NCBI GenBank assembly: GCA_964016885.1
Contig: OZ024743.1
Coordinates: forward strand, 35,402,001-35,466,000
From: Eledone cirrhosa
Taxonomy: Eukaryota
Direction: 5' to 3'
DNA length: 64,000 bases
This document shows positions 13,106-24,159 of the stretch, one piece after another. Position 1 is the stretch's first letter. Each line of letters begins with the position of its first letter. The notes under the pieces were generated by a model. That model worked only from the letters and a program-made list of their open reading frames with translations, did not search any database and was not told the DNA's origin. Made by a program: the position numbers and the translations under genes.

Positions 13106-15565
13106 ATCTGTAACACTAACTTCAAAAAACGTGACAATCACCTGATCACCTATAGATCCGGGGAACACACAAGCCAGGTAGATTATATCCTTACCAGAAG
13201 ACGTGACAGAGTGTCTGTTGTAAACACTAAATCCCTCCCCCATGAAGAATGCACCTCCCAACATAGACTGATAATTAGCGACCTCATAGTCAGGACGAGA
13301 CGTACTCAACAGCAGAAGAGGACTATCCTCAGGAGAAAAATATGGAAGCTAAAGGACCCCACAGCCAGAAATAAATTTCAAAGCATATTACTTGATGCTT
13401 TCGACAGTAAGGAAGAGCATTTAGAGTCGGACAATATAGAGGGACAGTGGGAATTTCTGAAAGCAAACCTGCTGATGGCGACAGACGATGTCTGTGGCTG
13501 GAGCAGGCCTGTAGGCAGGAGGAGAGTAACATGGTGGTGGAACAGTAGGGTGGAGGGGTCAATTAAGGCCAAAAAGCAGGCTTGGAAAGTATGGCAGGAT
13601 GGGGGAAGTAGAGAAGACTATCAAGTGGCTAGCAGACAAGTGTACTTCGCAAGAAGGGAAGCAGAGGAAAGAAAGTTCAAGCATGTTCTACAACGCGAGG
13701 ACCAAAAACGTGAGGTGTTCAGGATTGCTAGGCAATGTGTCAAGGAAAACCGTGATATTGTCGGGGAGAAGTGTGTACTTAATGATGACGGTGTACTTGC
13801 CATCACCGACGCTGATAAGAAGGTAGCTTGGAAGTGTCACTATGAAAGGCTACTAAATGAGGAGAATAAATGGGAGAAAGACAGTCTCCCCCACATCGAC
13901 CCAATAGAGGGACCAGCAGTGTTAGTCGAGGGTAGTATAATAAGTAAGGCAATCAAGGATATGAAGACGGGTAAGGCGGCTGGGCCTTCGGAAATAGTTG
14001 CTGAGATGCTGAAGGCATCTGGCACGGTGGGACACACCTTGGTCACCCGGATAGTTAACCAAGTCGTACAGAATGGGGTTGTTCCAAAGGACTGGCATAG
14101 CAGCATCATCGTTAACTGTTATAAGGGTAAAGGAGATGCCCTAGATAGGAGTAACTATAGAGGCATTAAATTAATCGACCAGGTCATGAAGGTCACGGAA
14201 AAAGTAATCAGAGAGAGAATTGACCTAGATGAAATGCAGTTCGGGTTTGTGTCAGGCAAAAGTACCACAGACGCTCTTTTCATTGTACGTCAACTACAGG
14301 AGAAGTACCTAGCTAAAGGTAAACCCCTCTACTTAGCTTTTGTCGACTTGGAGAAAGCCTTCGACAGAGTCCCCCGTTCCATTATCTGGTGGGCCCTTAG
14401 AAAACTAGGTGTCGACGAATGGCTTGTGAGAGCTATACAAGCCATGTATAAAGAAACAGTCAGCAAGGTTAGAATTAACAACGAATATAGTGAAGAGTTT
14501 AGCGTAAAAGTTGGCGTCCATCAGGGCTCTGTTCTCAGCCCCCTGCTATTTATTATTGCCCTTCAGGCTATAACAGAGGAGTTCAAGACCGGCTGCCCAT
14601 GGGAACTCCTATACGCAGACGACCTGACACTCATAGCTGAATCAATGGCCGAGCTAGAGAAGAAATTCCAAACATGGAAGCACGGCCTAGAATCAAAAGG
14701 CCTTAAAATTAACCTGGCTAAGACTAAAGTTCTAGTTTGTAGTAAAGAAAATAAGGCGGCGGTCCCTTCCGGGAAATGGCCATGCTCAGTGTGTAGGAAA
14801 GGCGTAGGTAGAAACTCCATTTTATGTCCCAAATGCAAAGTATGGGTGCATAAAAGATGTAGTGGGATCACAGGTAAGCTAACTAAGAACTTAGATTTTA
14901 CATGTGGGCGGTGCTCTGGTGCAATAAGTAGCAGCGAGTGCCCACAAAATACTAACTCTTTCAATTGCGCAGAGGGCTCTATAGAAATAGTGGACAGCTT
15001 CCGTTACCTGGGTGACAAAATCAGCAGTGGGGGAGGGTGCTCCGAAAGTACAGTAGCTAGAGTCAGAACTGGATGGAAAAAGTTCAGAGAGCTTATACCA
15101 CTATTAGCTGCTAAAGGGTTCTCCCTAAAAATGAAAGGCAGGTTGTATGATGCCTGTATACGAACAGCAATGTTGCATGGCAGTGAGACCTGGGCATTGT
15201 GTGCAGAGGATATACGCAGACTAGAGAGGAACGAAGCTTGCATGCTCCGCTGGATGTGTAATAGTAATATACGTGAACGGCAAAGCATAAACGAACTAAG
15301 GAAAAAATTAGAAATAAGAGGGATCAGATGTTTACTCGAGAGAAGGCTACGTTGGTACGGACACGTGATGCGCATGAAAGTCGATAGCTGTATAACAAAG
15401 TGCACGGCAATAAAGATAGACGGTAGCCACGGAATAGGGAGACCTAGAAAATCCTGGGACGAGCTGATAAACTCCGACCTCACACACTTACACCTCTCCA
15501 AGACAATGTCACTGGACCGAGACCTTTGGCGGTACTCAGTAATAGAGAAGACCCGCCTTACCTAA
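13106..15565 (+). CDS. RTE ORF remnant: APE C-terminus, reverse transcriptase, PHD-like finger (no native start)
   Basis: QVDYILTR..SQHRL, NYRGIKL, FVDLEKAFDRV, GVHQGSVLSP, LYADD, then CSVC-CPKC-H-C-CGRC, FRYLG. The first 29 aa of the listed ORF are only translated microsatellite. Confidence 0.85.
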   Translation: MCNTNFKKRDNHLITYRSGEHTSQVDYILTRRRDRVSVVNTKSLPHEECTSQHRLIISDLIVRTRRTQQQKRTILRRKIWKLKDPTARNKFQSILLDAFDSKEEHLESDNIEGQWEFLKANLLMATDDVCGWSRPVGRRRVTWWWNSRVEGSIKAKKQAWKVWQDGGSREDYQVASRQVYFARREAEERKFKHVLQREDQKREVFRIARQCVKENRDIVGEKCVLNDDGVLAITDADKKVAWKCHYERLLNEENKWEKDSLPHIDPIEGPAVLVEGSIISKAIKDMKTGKAAGPSEIVAEMLKASGTVGHTLVTRIVNQVVQNGVVPKDWHSSIIVNCYKGKGDALDRSNYRGIKLIDQVMKVTEKVIRERIDLDEMQFGFVSGKSTTDALFIVRQLQEKYLAKGKPLYLAFVDLEKAFDRVPRSIIWWALRKLGVDEWLVRAIQAMYKETVSKVRINNEYSEEFSVKVGVHQGSVLSPLLFIIALQAITEEFKTGCPWELLYADDLTLIAESMAELEKKFQTWKHGLESKGLKINLAKTKVLVCSKENKAAVPSGKWPCSVCRKGVGRNSILCPKCKVWVHKRCSGITGKLTKNLDFTCGRCSGAISSSECPQNTNSFNCAEGSIEIVDSFRYLGDKISSGGGCSESTVARVRTGWKKFRELIPLLAAKGFSLKMKGRLYDACIRTAMLHGSETWALCAEDIRRLERNEACMLRWMCNSNIRERQSINELRKKLEIRGIRCLLERRLRWYGHVMRMKVDSCITKCTAIKIDGSHGIGRPRKSWDELINSDLTHLHLSKTMSLDRDLWRYSVIEKTRLT

Positions 15566-15953
15566 ATACATAGTAAAACCTACTACAGCCAGTAGGCATC
15601 TCTAACAAAATAACCCCCGTCCCACCACCCACACCCCATCCACACCACCCCCTCCTATGTAAAGTTATGTTGGTGCCACACCATCCAGGCCGAAACAAAT
15701 GAGATCGTGTAGGTGTCACGACAAAAAAACACACAGTCCACGCTGTAAATGTGGCCGTGTAGGCAACGCGGTAAAAACCTCCCAGCCCCACACTGTAAAT
15801 GTGGTTGGTGTTAGGAAGGGCATCCAACTGTAGAAAACCTGCCAGACAGTCCTATGCGAGCAAGACAATCACTCTTGCCTCAAGTGGGAATACCCCCGTC
15901 CAAACCCATGCAAGCGTGGAACACGGACGTTAAACGTTGATGATGATGATGAT
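13106..15953 (+). mobile_element. RTE-clade LINE, family B, 5'-truncated, young
   Basis: Continuous ORF from the endonuclease C-terminus through RT. ~390-bp 3'UTR ending in (GAT)n. 5' end abuts (TA)n. Confidence 0.95.
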
Positions 15954-15962
15954 ACATATTGC

Positions 15963-16305
15963 GAGCATTGGCCTTGCAATCGAAAGGTTGTGAGTTCAAT
16001 TCTCACACCAGGTGATGTGTTGTTTCCTTGAGCAAGACACTTTATTTCACATTGCTCCAGTTTACTCAGCTGTAGAAATGAGATGATAGGACTGGGGTCC
16101 CTATCATTCAACTGCAAAGTGGTCGTGGAGGTGCCACGGCAAAAAAGCACCCAGCCCACACTGTAAAGTGGATGTGGAGGTGCCACGGGAAAAAAGCACC
16201 CAGCACTCACTGTAAATGAGGTTGGTGTTAGGAAGGGCATCCAGCTGTAGAAATCAAGCCAGAATCAGTTCCTGTCCCACCCTTGCAAGCAGGGAAAAAG
16301 TGGAC
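15963..16305 (+). mobile_element. tRNA-derived SINE (family 1), 5'-truncated, with RTE-derived tail
   Basis: Near-identical to the copies at 33541 and 33873; B box gagttcaattc. Confidence 0.85.
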
Positions 16306-18515
16306 TTTGTTCATGTCTAATCAAACCAGCTTTGCTCAGGCTGACTCAACCACAGTGCTGGCAAACCAGATGATGTTCAACAGCAGGCAGTTCAGAACAG
16401 TCTCAATCCTCACCTTCCTTTTCAGTGTTAGGTGTTCTCTCCGACGAGTTTCAAAGTGTTCACCACCTGACTTGATCAAACGTCTCCACTTCACATGCTC
16501 ATCAGCCATTCGTCAGATGAAATTCCAGCACAAGCCAAGGTGCCCCTGATACAGTCCCGGTACCGCCTTTTTGGTTTATGTGGTGGTCGCCTTCCTTCAC
16601 ACAGTTCTCCATAGAGAAGTTGCTTTGGAATACGATCATCGGACCACATGACTGCACCACTTCAACCGATACCGAAAGATTATGCTCTCTATAGTCACGC
16701 ACCTGCTCCGTTCTAGAACTTCCAAATCACTGGCGAACATTTTCCACCACACCCCAAGTAACTTATGAAGAGATTGTTGGTGAAATCTCTCCAGATCCTT
16801 GAGGTGCTTTCTGTATGTGACCCACGTTTCACAAACATAAAGTAAATGGGAGACGACACAAGTCAGATACACTTTCACCTTGGTTTCGATAGTGATACCT
16901 CGTCTGGACCATAAACGTTGATGCATCCGTCCAAAAGCATCACTGGCTTTCTTGATTCTTAAGGATATTTCATTATCATGTGTGCATGAAGTGTTCAACG
17001 TACTACCAAAGTAAACAAACTTGTCAGCAACTTTTAGCCTCTTTCCGTACACGTACACACTTGGTGCAGTGTACTCATTTCCAGGTACTGGCTGATACAT
17101 CACAACAGTCTTTTCCAAGCTTATTGTGACGCCCAAAGTGCTGCAAGCTGCAGAAAAAGAGTTCATAATATGCTGCATGTCACTTTGTGAGTGTGCAAAA
17201 AAAATCGCAGTCGTCTGCATACAAAAACTCTGGGATTATAGATGTTAATACCTTTGTGCTTGTACCAAAGCGCCTGGTGTTGAACAACCTTCCTGAAGTG
17301 CGATACCTGATGTAAACCCCATGAGAACAATATTTGAATGCTATGAGAAACACTATCGTAAAATATCAGGAAAACAGAGTTGGAGCCGGAATGTCCCCCT
17401 GCTTCACTCCATTTTCAACTGATATTGGTTCAGAGATGCTACCACCAATGCTGACCAAAGCCTTCATGTCATCATGGAAAAGATGCAGAATCTTCTACTC
17501 TACCTTGGATTTTTTTCCCACAACGCAGTTCGATTGACAGTGTCAAAGGCCTCTGTCAAGTCAACAAAGACCTGGTAAAGGTCCATACATTGTTCGATAC
17601 ACTTTTCTTGCAGCTGCCGAGCAGAAACGAACATATCCACTGTTCCTCTTTTGTTTCTGAACCCACACTGCGACTCAGGCAACACATTCAGAGCAACTCT
17701 TGGGATCAATCTATCCATTAATATTCGACACGACTTTACCAACTACTGAAAGAAGAGATATGACATGATAATTGCCACATTTGTCCTTGCCGTCCTTTCC
17801 TTTATGGAGAATCACCATGAGCGCATCCTTCTTGTGGGACATTCTCATCTTCCCACACCATTTTCATGAGGTCAGTCAGGCGCTGCGTGAAGTTTTCACC
17901 ACCACACTTCAAAACCGCTCCACTCAGACCATCCATACCAGGAGACTTACCACAGTTCAGCTTATGCACAACAGAAGTCCCCTCTGCAAGAGAAGATACA
18001 TTAGCTATCTCAAATGCTTCACTGGTTCAATAGGAATGGAACAAATGAAATCATCATCAACCTGGGATGGCTGGTTTAAGAGCTCATCAAAGTGATCTCT
18101 CTATCTGTCGAGTGTCTTTTGGGTCGCGCAGTAATTGCATGCCATCTTTCAATCTCAAAGGGGCCACTGGAGAGCTGAAAGGGCCATACACCTCTGTGAG
18201 TAGAAAGTGCGGCAGTTTCACATTGTTGCCATCAGATGCCACTTGAACTTCATCTGCTTTGTTGCTCCACCAGGTATTTTGCATAGCCCTGAGTTTCACC
18301 TGCACTTCCGTCTTTACCTGTCTGTAACGCTCATAATTGTCACCAACAGAGCTACCACCTTTAAGAACTGCATCAAGTGCCTTTTGTTTTCTGTCTAGCA
18401 GAGCCTTGACCTCCTGGTCATTCTCATCAAACCAGTCCTTGTTTTCTTGTGACAAAGCCAAGGACCTCTGCTGAAGCCTCATAGACCGAGCTCCTAAAGT
18501 CCTTCCAGTTGTTCT
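16306..18515 (-). mobile_element. RTE-BovB-like LINE relic (RT plus C-terminal CCHH finger), degenerate
   Basis: Minus ORFs show NKDWFDEND, PESQCGFR, FVDLTEAFDTVNR, GVKQG, LYADD, FVYFGS and LERFHQ. CQHC..LIRH lies near 16310-16370. Confidence 0.88.
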
Positions 18516-19239
18516 CATACACGCATACATACTTACATATATACATGTATGCATACATACATGTATACACACATGCATACATCCATACGTGTATACATAC
18601 ATACAATGGTTAAAGTGTTTGACTGACGACCATAAGTTCATGGGTTCATATTTGGGACCGGGTTGTTATTGAATCAACCTGATATCAATGTTTATTATAC
18701 AGCACACTTCTTCTTTGGTATAATATGACACATAGTAATATCTAACATAGTACCCATCTAATCTGTTATAATATGATTTACCTTTCCTCTGTGAAGGATT
18801 TAGGTGTTACGGTACTGGACTAACCATTATAAAGTCATGGGCTCGTTTCTTCGATCCTACAGCATGTTGCGTCCTTCAGTAAAATACTTTTGTTCGTGTA
18901 GCATTTTCTACCAGGACTTGCGGCAGACAGATAATATCAGTAATGGAAAAAACCTTGTTTCATTAGTATGACCTGGAAATCAGTTCCACTCTATCTTCTT
19001 TATTAAAGGCAATCAAATTATTTTTATTTTATTCTTTTTCTTATTTTTCCATGTTTGTTAAATAAATTCCAAAAAATCGAACTAAATTGAAATTTTGTAA
19101 TAAAATTTCCATAAAAGTTAATGTTTACAATACAATAAAATGTAATCAAATGTATTGAAGTCGACGAAATGTGGACCTTCATTTTTGAAAGATGGATAAT
19201 GCTATAAGCAGACCTTACAATATTGTATCACAATTTTAC

Positions 19240-19455
19240 TTTGTGCAAAAGTGGGCAGCCGAATTTAGGAAATGATAGGGGATTCTCGAAGATGACCCAA
19301 TGTCTGGACGTCCTACAACTGCCACTACCGAGGAAAACATTGATCTCAGTACTGCAACACCGATGGAAGAAGTGTGTGGAACGCTAGGGAGACTATGTTG
19401 AAAAATATACCTCATTTGGTCACATTCCATGAGAGTATCTTTGTCAACCCTCGTA
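19240..19455 (+). mobile_element. Internally deleted mariner fragment, same family as 59487-60784
   Basis: Joins sequence matching the reverse complement of ~60380-60470 to that of ~59520-59610. Confidence 0.75.
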
Positions 19456-19489
19456 TCTATGCGCAATATACGTAAAGATACAGAATTGC

Positions 19490-19851
19490 GGGCACTACAA
19501 CGCTATTAGCTGTCATATTTGTTGGTGAAAAAAATTTGATTATAAAACATAAATTTATGAATGACTTGTTTTCTACATTGATAACCATGACTTGTTTTCT
19601 AATTTGGCCCTTTTAAGGGCCACCTATATTTTCATTTAAGTAACTCCACTTACATCGATATGCATTCTACATTGATAACCACAACTTGTTTTCTATTTTG
19701 GCCCTTTTAAGTCTTCCCTCTCTCATTCTCAAACAAACGCGTGAAAACACCACTTACGCGTGGTAGTAATACGGAAATAAACGATGTTGACGAGAGACGT
19801 CACCTTCGCCTCTTTTCAACTGGACTAACAGCTAATAGCGTTGTAGTGCCC
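19490..19851. mobile_element. MITE-like element with perfect 23-bp terminal inverted repeats
   Basis: gggcactacaacgctattagctg (19490-19512) and cagctaatagcgttgtagtgccc (19829-19851). Internal ~45-bp direct repeat. No clear TSD. Confidence 0.75.
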
Positions 19852-21503
19852 TAAATTTTATTAAGGCGTAACCGCAAGTTCAAAATGTATAATTCACCAA
19901 CAAATTTGAGTATATTCTTTCTCATTTAAGTGCGAATCGAAAGCGGTTGTTTGCAACGATGTATATGTGTATCTATATATTTGTGTATGTGAGATAGGGA
20001 GAGAGCGTGTGCATGTGTACGCTGTTACGTAAACAAAGTATGTTATCACCGCATAATTAGGCAATATTTTGTCATAGTTTTCACACTGTTCTATTGAGTT
20101 AAAGAGACAAAAAATCTTACTGGGAATTTTTCGGATACTTCTTCAGCAATAACTTCTTTACTTCGAAGTTGGTGATGACCCCCCATCTTTAACCAAAACA
20201 ACACTTGCTTAGTTTACTTAATACTAAATACTTTACTGCAGCGTTTTAAGACCAAATAACACACGGAACTACATCGAACTGACTATCATTTATTTATTTG
20301 TATGTGGATCCATGCTTTCAACAATGACAGCACTGGCATTGAAGTCTTTAATTTTTGGATTCCATGATTTGTATACCATAAATACCAAGATTATTGGATA
20401 TATGAACGATCATACAAACGTGTTTCGATAAATTAATGGTTTACATAAGAGAAACCTTATAGCTTATGTTAGTTACCGATACATGGAGGTAATTAAAGAT
20501 GAAAATGATATTTTTATAATTTATTTCTATCATATAATTACATAAATGTTCAACGTATACGTACAAATCACATACAGGATTAAATCTATGAATAACTTTA
20601 GAGAAATAATTATTTACAGGGACAAATATAGGATTAACCCCAAGAACCTTGCCACTAGAGCGCGGACTTTTTATTATAGCAACATGACCGATATAGGAAA
20701 TGCATTGTGTGTGTGTATGTATCTGTGACCAGTATATAGGTCACAGACCCTCCCTCCATCGTATATATATATAAATATATATATATATTATGTAATGTAG
20801 AATTATTTTGTATTATGAAATCCAAAAACATTTTATTAAATAACAGAATAGAGCGATCGTTATACTGTAACCATCGCTTAAAATCTACATTTTCATATTA
20901 TAAATACTACCAGGATTGAACGCCTGTCTCTATCCCCGTTTGATTGTCAAAATAGATATTAACATTCTTTATTAGTCTTAATTCTATCAACTCTTCTATT
21001 ATTTACCTTTTAATACAAACTGCTATAGATAAAATGAGATTTCTGATTTCTTGATTCAATTCCCTAATGCATATACCAGCTGGCTACTAGCATTGATGTT
21101 ATTTAGTAGCAATCGAAATCTCCCCCTTCCCCAATTGACACTTTATAATTAATACTACTGCACCAAATGACCAGCCCTGTCCACTGTCCAGTTGGTCGAG
21201 TAGAGATTAAAATTGGCACTCCCAAAATTCTTATTTAGATTTACTCATGGTATTCTCATTAGAAACCCATTATATACTTGTTTAGCAGTAAATTAATTTA
21301 CCATCTGTCATATACTATCCCCTCTGTTTCTTCCTCTTTTACTAATATAAATACTTCAATTTTTCTGATTTTATCCAATTTATCCAAAATCTCTGAAGAA
21401 GTGACAACTGTTTATACATTTGCTATCGAATACTTGCTAACATTATATGATTACGCAAGCAGCGATACATAGGTATTCAGTCTGTTACAGAAACATATGT
21501 CAA

Positions 21504-22472
21504 TCTATATATATAAAACTGTGGTTGTCTGTCTGTCTATCGATTTTTGGCACACATCTCCTCTTAGAATCTCTCACGGAATTGCACCGAAATTGCTATA
21601 CTTGTACATTGAGCCCTAGCGAAGACATCGGAAAAAAAATATTTCAAATTGACCCACCCTATGTGACGAAATCGAATATAATGTATCGATTTTTGAGCGT
21701 AAGTTATCAGTTATTTCCCTTTGTTCTGTTTACATTGAGCGTCTTACGTAAAAAATTACGCTGGCTTTCTCAGCGTTTAAAATGACATTAACACAATACA
21801 CGAACAGTTGTCGAGCCAGCAAAATATTGACCTGCAAAATTCATCAGTTCGAACACTAAGCTTCCGTTTTGCTTCATTTCCATTTAAAAGCATTTTAAAA
21901 CAATATTTTTACTTGAAAACAAGTCTATTTAAAGACTACGTAAAACAAGCAAATATTTCGTCGTTAGGCGTGCAGACAGACAGTCGTGCAGAGAGGTGAT
22001 ATACGCGTGCAGACAGATAGTCGTGCAGAGAGGTGATATAGGCGTGCAGACAGACAGTCGTGCAGAGAGGTGATATAGGCGTGCAGACAGACAGTCGTGC
22101 AGAGAGGTGATATAGGCGTGCAGACAGACAGTCGTGCAGAGAGGTGATATAGGCGTGCAGACAGACATAACTGATAATTTGGTTACGCTAATGTTTTTCT
22201 CTGCGTTGCAGTGTTTACATTTTCGATCTTTGTTAATAAATAACCAGTGCAGTTTCTATCCCCAGCATCCTCTTTTGTTATAACATTCGGGTTATCGTTA
22301 TGTTTTTTTAACTTCATAAGGCATATTGTTGGTTGAGGGAATATTAATCAAAAACACCACATGCAAGTCTGCACAGTAGACACTACAGTTTTTAAGCCAA
22401 GAAAGAAACTTAACATTGTAACTTTAACACAGCTACTGAGCGACCCCGAGCAACGCCGGGCTTTACTGCTAG
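21504..22472 (+). mobile_element. Non-autonomous Helitron/HINE-like element
   Basis: 5' TC after A (tctatatatataaaa), (GTCT)n, internal tandem array, 3' hairpin cccgagcaacgccggg, then CTAG before T. Confidence 0.8.
21966..22166. repeat. 37-bp tandem repeat, ~5.4 copies, inside the Helitron-like element
   Basis: Unit taggcgtgcagacagacagtcgtgcagagaggtgata, head-to-tail with no spacers. Confidence 0.95.
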
Positions 22473-22524
22473 TACCTAATAAATTCCTTTTTTAAAAAAA
22501 GCACTTTCATTTTATATTCATCCT

Positions 22525-22583
<59 letters not shown>

Positions 22584-22874
22584 CACACACACAGGCACAC
22601 ATATATGGGCTTTCCAATTTCATTTTACATTATATACAAGTCTGTGTATATTTTAATGATTTAAACATTTTTAAGTGAACGTTTAATGAGAAGTGACGAG
22701 CGTTTCGCTATTGATCAGCTCAAGGTTCGATCTCTATCTATTTAGCCAGACTCTGGATAAATATATATATATATATATACACACACACATATAAACACAT
22801 ACACTCATATATATAGCCACTTTACTGTGAAACCCAATATCAAAGCATTTTTCTTCCTTCCTACAATTATTTTG

Positions 22875-24158
22875 TCACTCTCTCTCAAAATATTACCCCT
22901 CTCTCACTAAAACATAACACCTTTCTCACCCTCTCTACATACAGCTACATACTGACTCTGTCTCACTAGACCAACATTCTCCCTCTCTCACTAAACCACC
23001 AAATTCTCTCCCCCCTCTATATCCGACTACATATATCACTCTCTCGCACTCTCACAATCCCCCTCTCTCATTAAACCACAAAAAGTTCTCCCCCTCTCTA
23101 AATACAATTAAATACCGCACTCTCTATCATTATCGCAATTCCCCCTCTCTCACTAAACTACCAAGTTCTCTGCCACCTTCTATATCCCACTACACACCCA
23201 CTCTCTCACAATCCCCCCTCTCACACTAAATGACCAAATGTATTCCAGTACATACCTCAATCTCTTTTACTCTCTTAATTTCTCCTCTCTCACTCAACAA
23301 ACAAATTCTCTCCCGCTCTCTATATTCGACTAATACCCCTCGTCTCTCTCACAATTCCCCCTCTCTCACTAGAACACCAAATACTGATCCCCCTCTCTAT
23401 ATTCCGCTACACAACTCACTCTCTTCCACGCACTTAATTCCCCCTCTCTTTCTAAACCAACAAATTCTCTCCCCCTCTCTATATCCCACTACATACCTCA
23501 CTCTCTTTCACGCACTTAATTCCCCCTCACTTTCTAAACCAACAAATTATCTCCCGCTCTTTATATCCCACTACATACCCCACTCTATCTCACAATACCC
23601 CCTCTCTCACTAGGCCACCAAATTCTTTCCCCCTCATTCTACACCACTATATACCTCACTCTCTCACAATTCTCTCTCACTCACTTGACTTTAATCAATT
23701 TCCCCCTCTATATATACCATTACATACCTCACTCACTCTCACTCCCTAATTTCCACTCTCTCATTAAACCAACAAATTCTCTCCCCCTTTATCTATCCTA
23801 CTACATACCTCACTCTCTTCCACAATTCCTCCTCTCTCACTAAAGCAACAAACTCTCTGTATTCCAGTACATACCTCAATCTCTTTTACTCTCTTAATTT
23901 CTCCTCTCTCACTAAACAAACAAATTCTCTTCCGCTCTCTATATTTGACTAATACCCCTCGTCTCTCTCTCACAATTCCCCCTCTCTCACTAGAACACCA
24001 AATACTGATCCCCCTCTCTATACCGCTACATACATCACTCTCTCTCACAACTCCGCCTCTCTCACTAGACCAAGAAATTCTCTCCCCCTCTCTATATTAC
24101 AATACATACCTCATTCTCTCTCACTCGCGTAATTCCCCCTCTCTCACTAAACCAACAT
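22875..24158. repeat. CT-rich degenerate minisatellite (resumes at ~29600-29690 after the LINE insertion)
   Basis: Recurring ctctctcactaaaccaacaaattctctccccctctctatatcccactacatacctcac on both sides of the LINE. Confidence 0.85.
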
Positions 24159-24159
24159 A

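Noticed and set aside
21966-22166. 37-bp repeats resembling a CRISPR array
   Set aside because: Pure tandem with no unique spacers, no cas genes, eukaryotic context, and inside a Helitron-like element.
22690-22730. Minus-strand gct..agc-GAAA-cgctcg-TC half hammerhead
   Set aside because: No CUGANGA or stem I partner.
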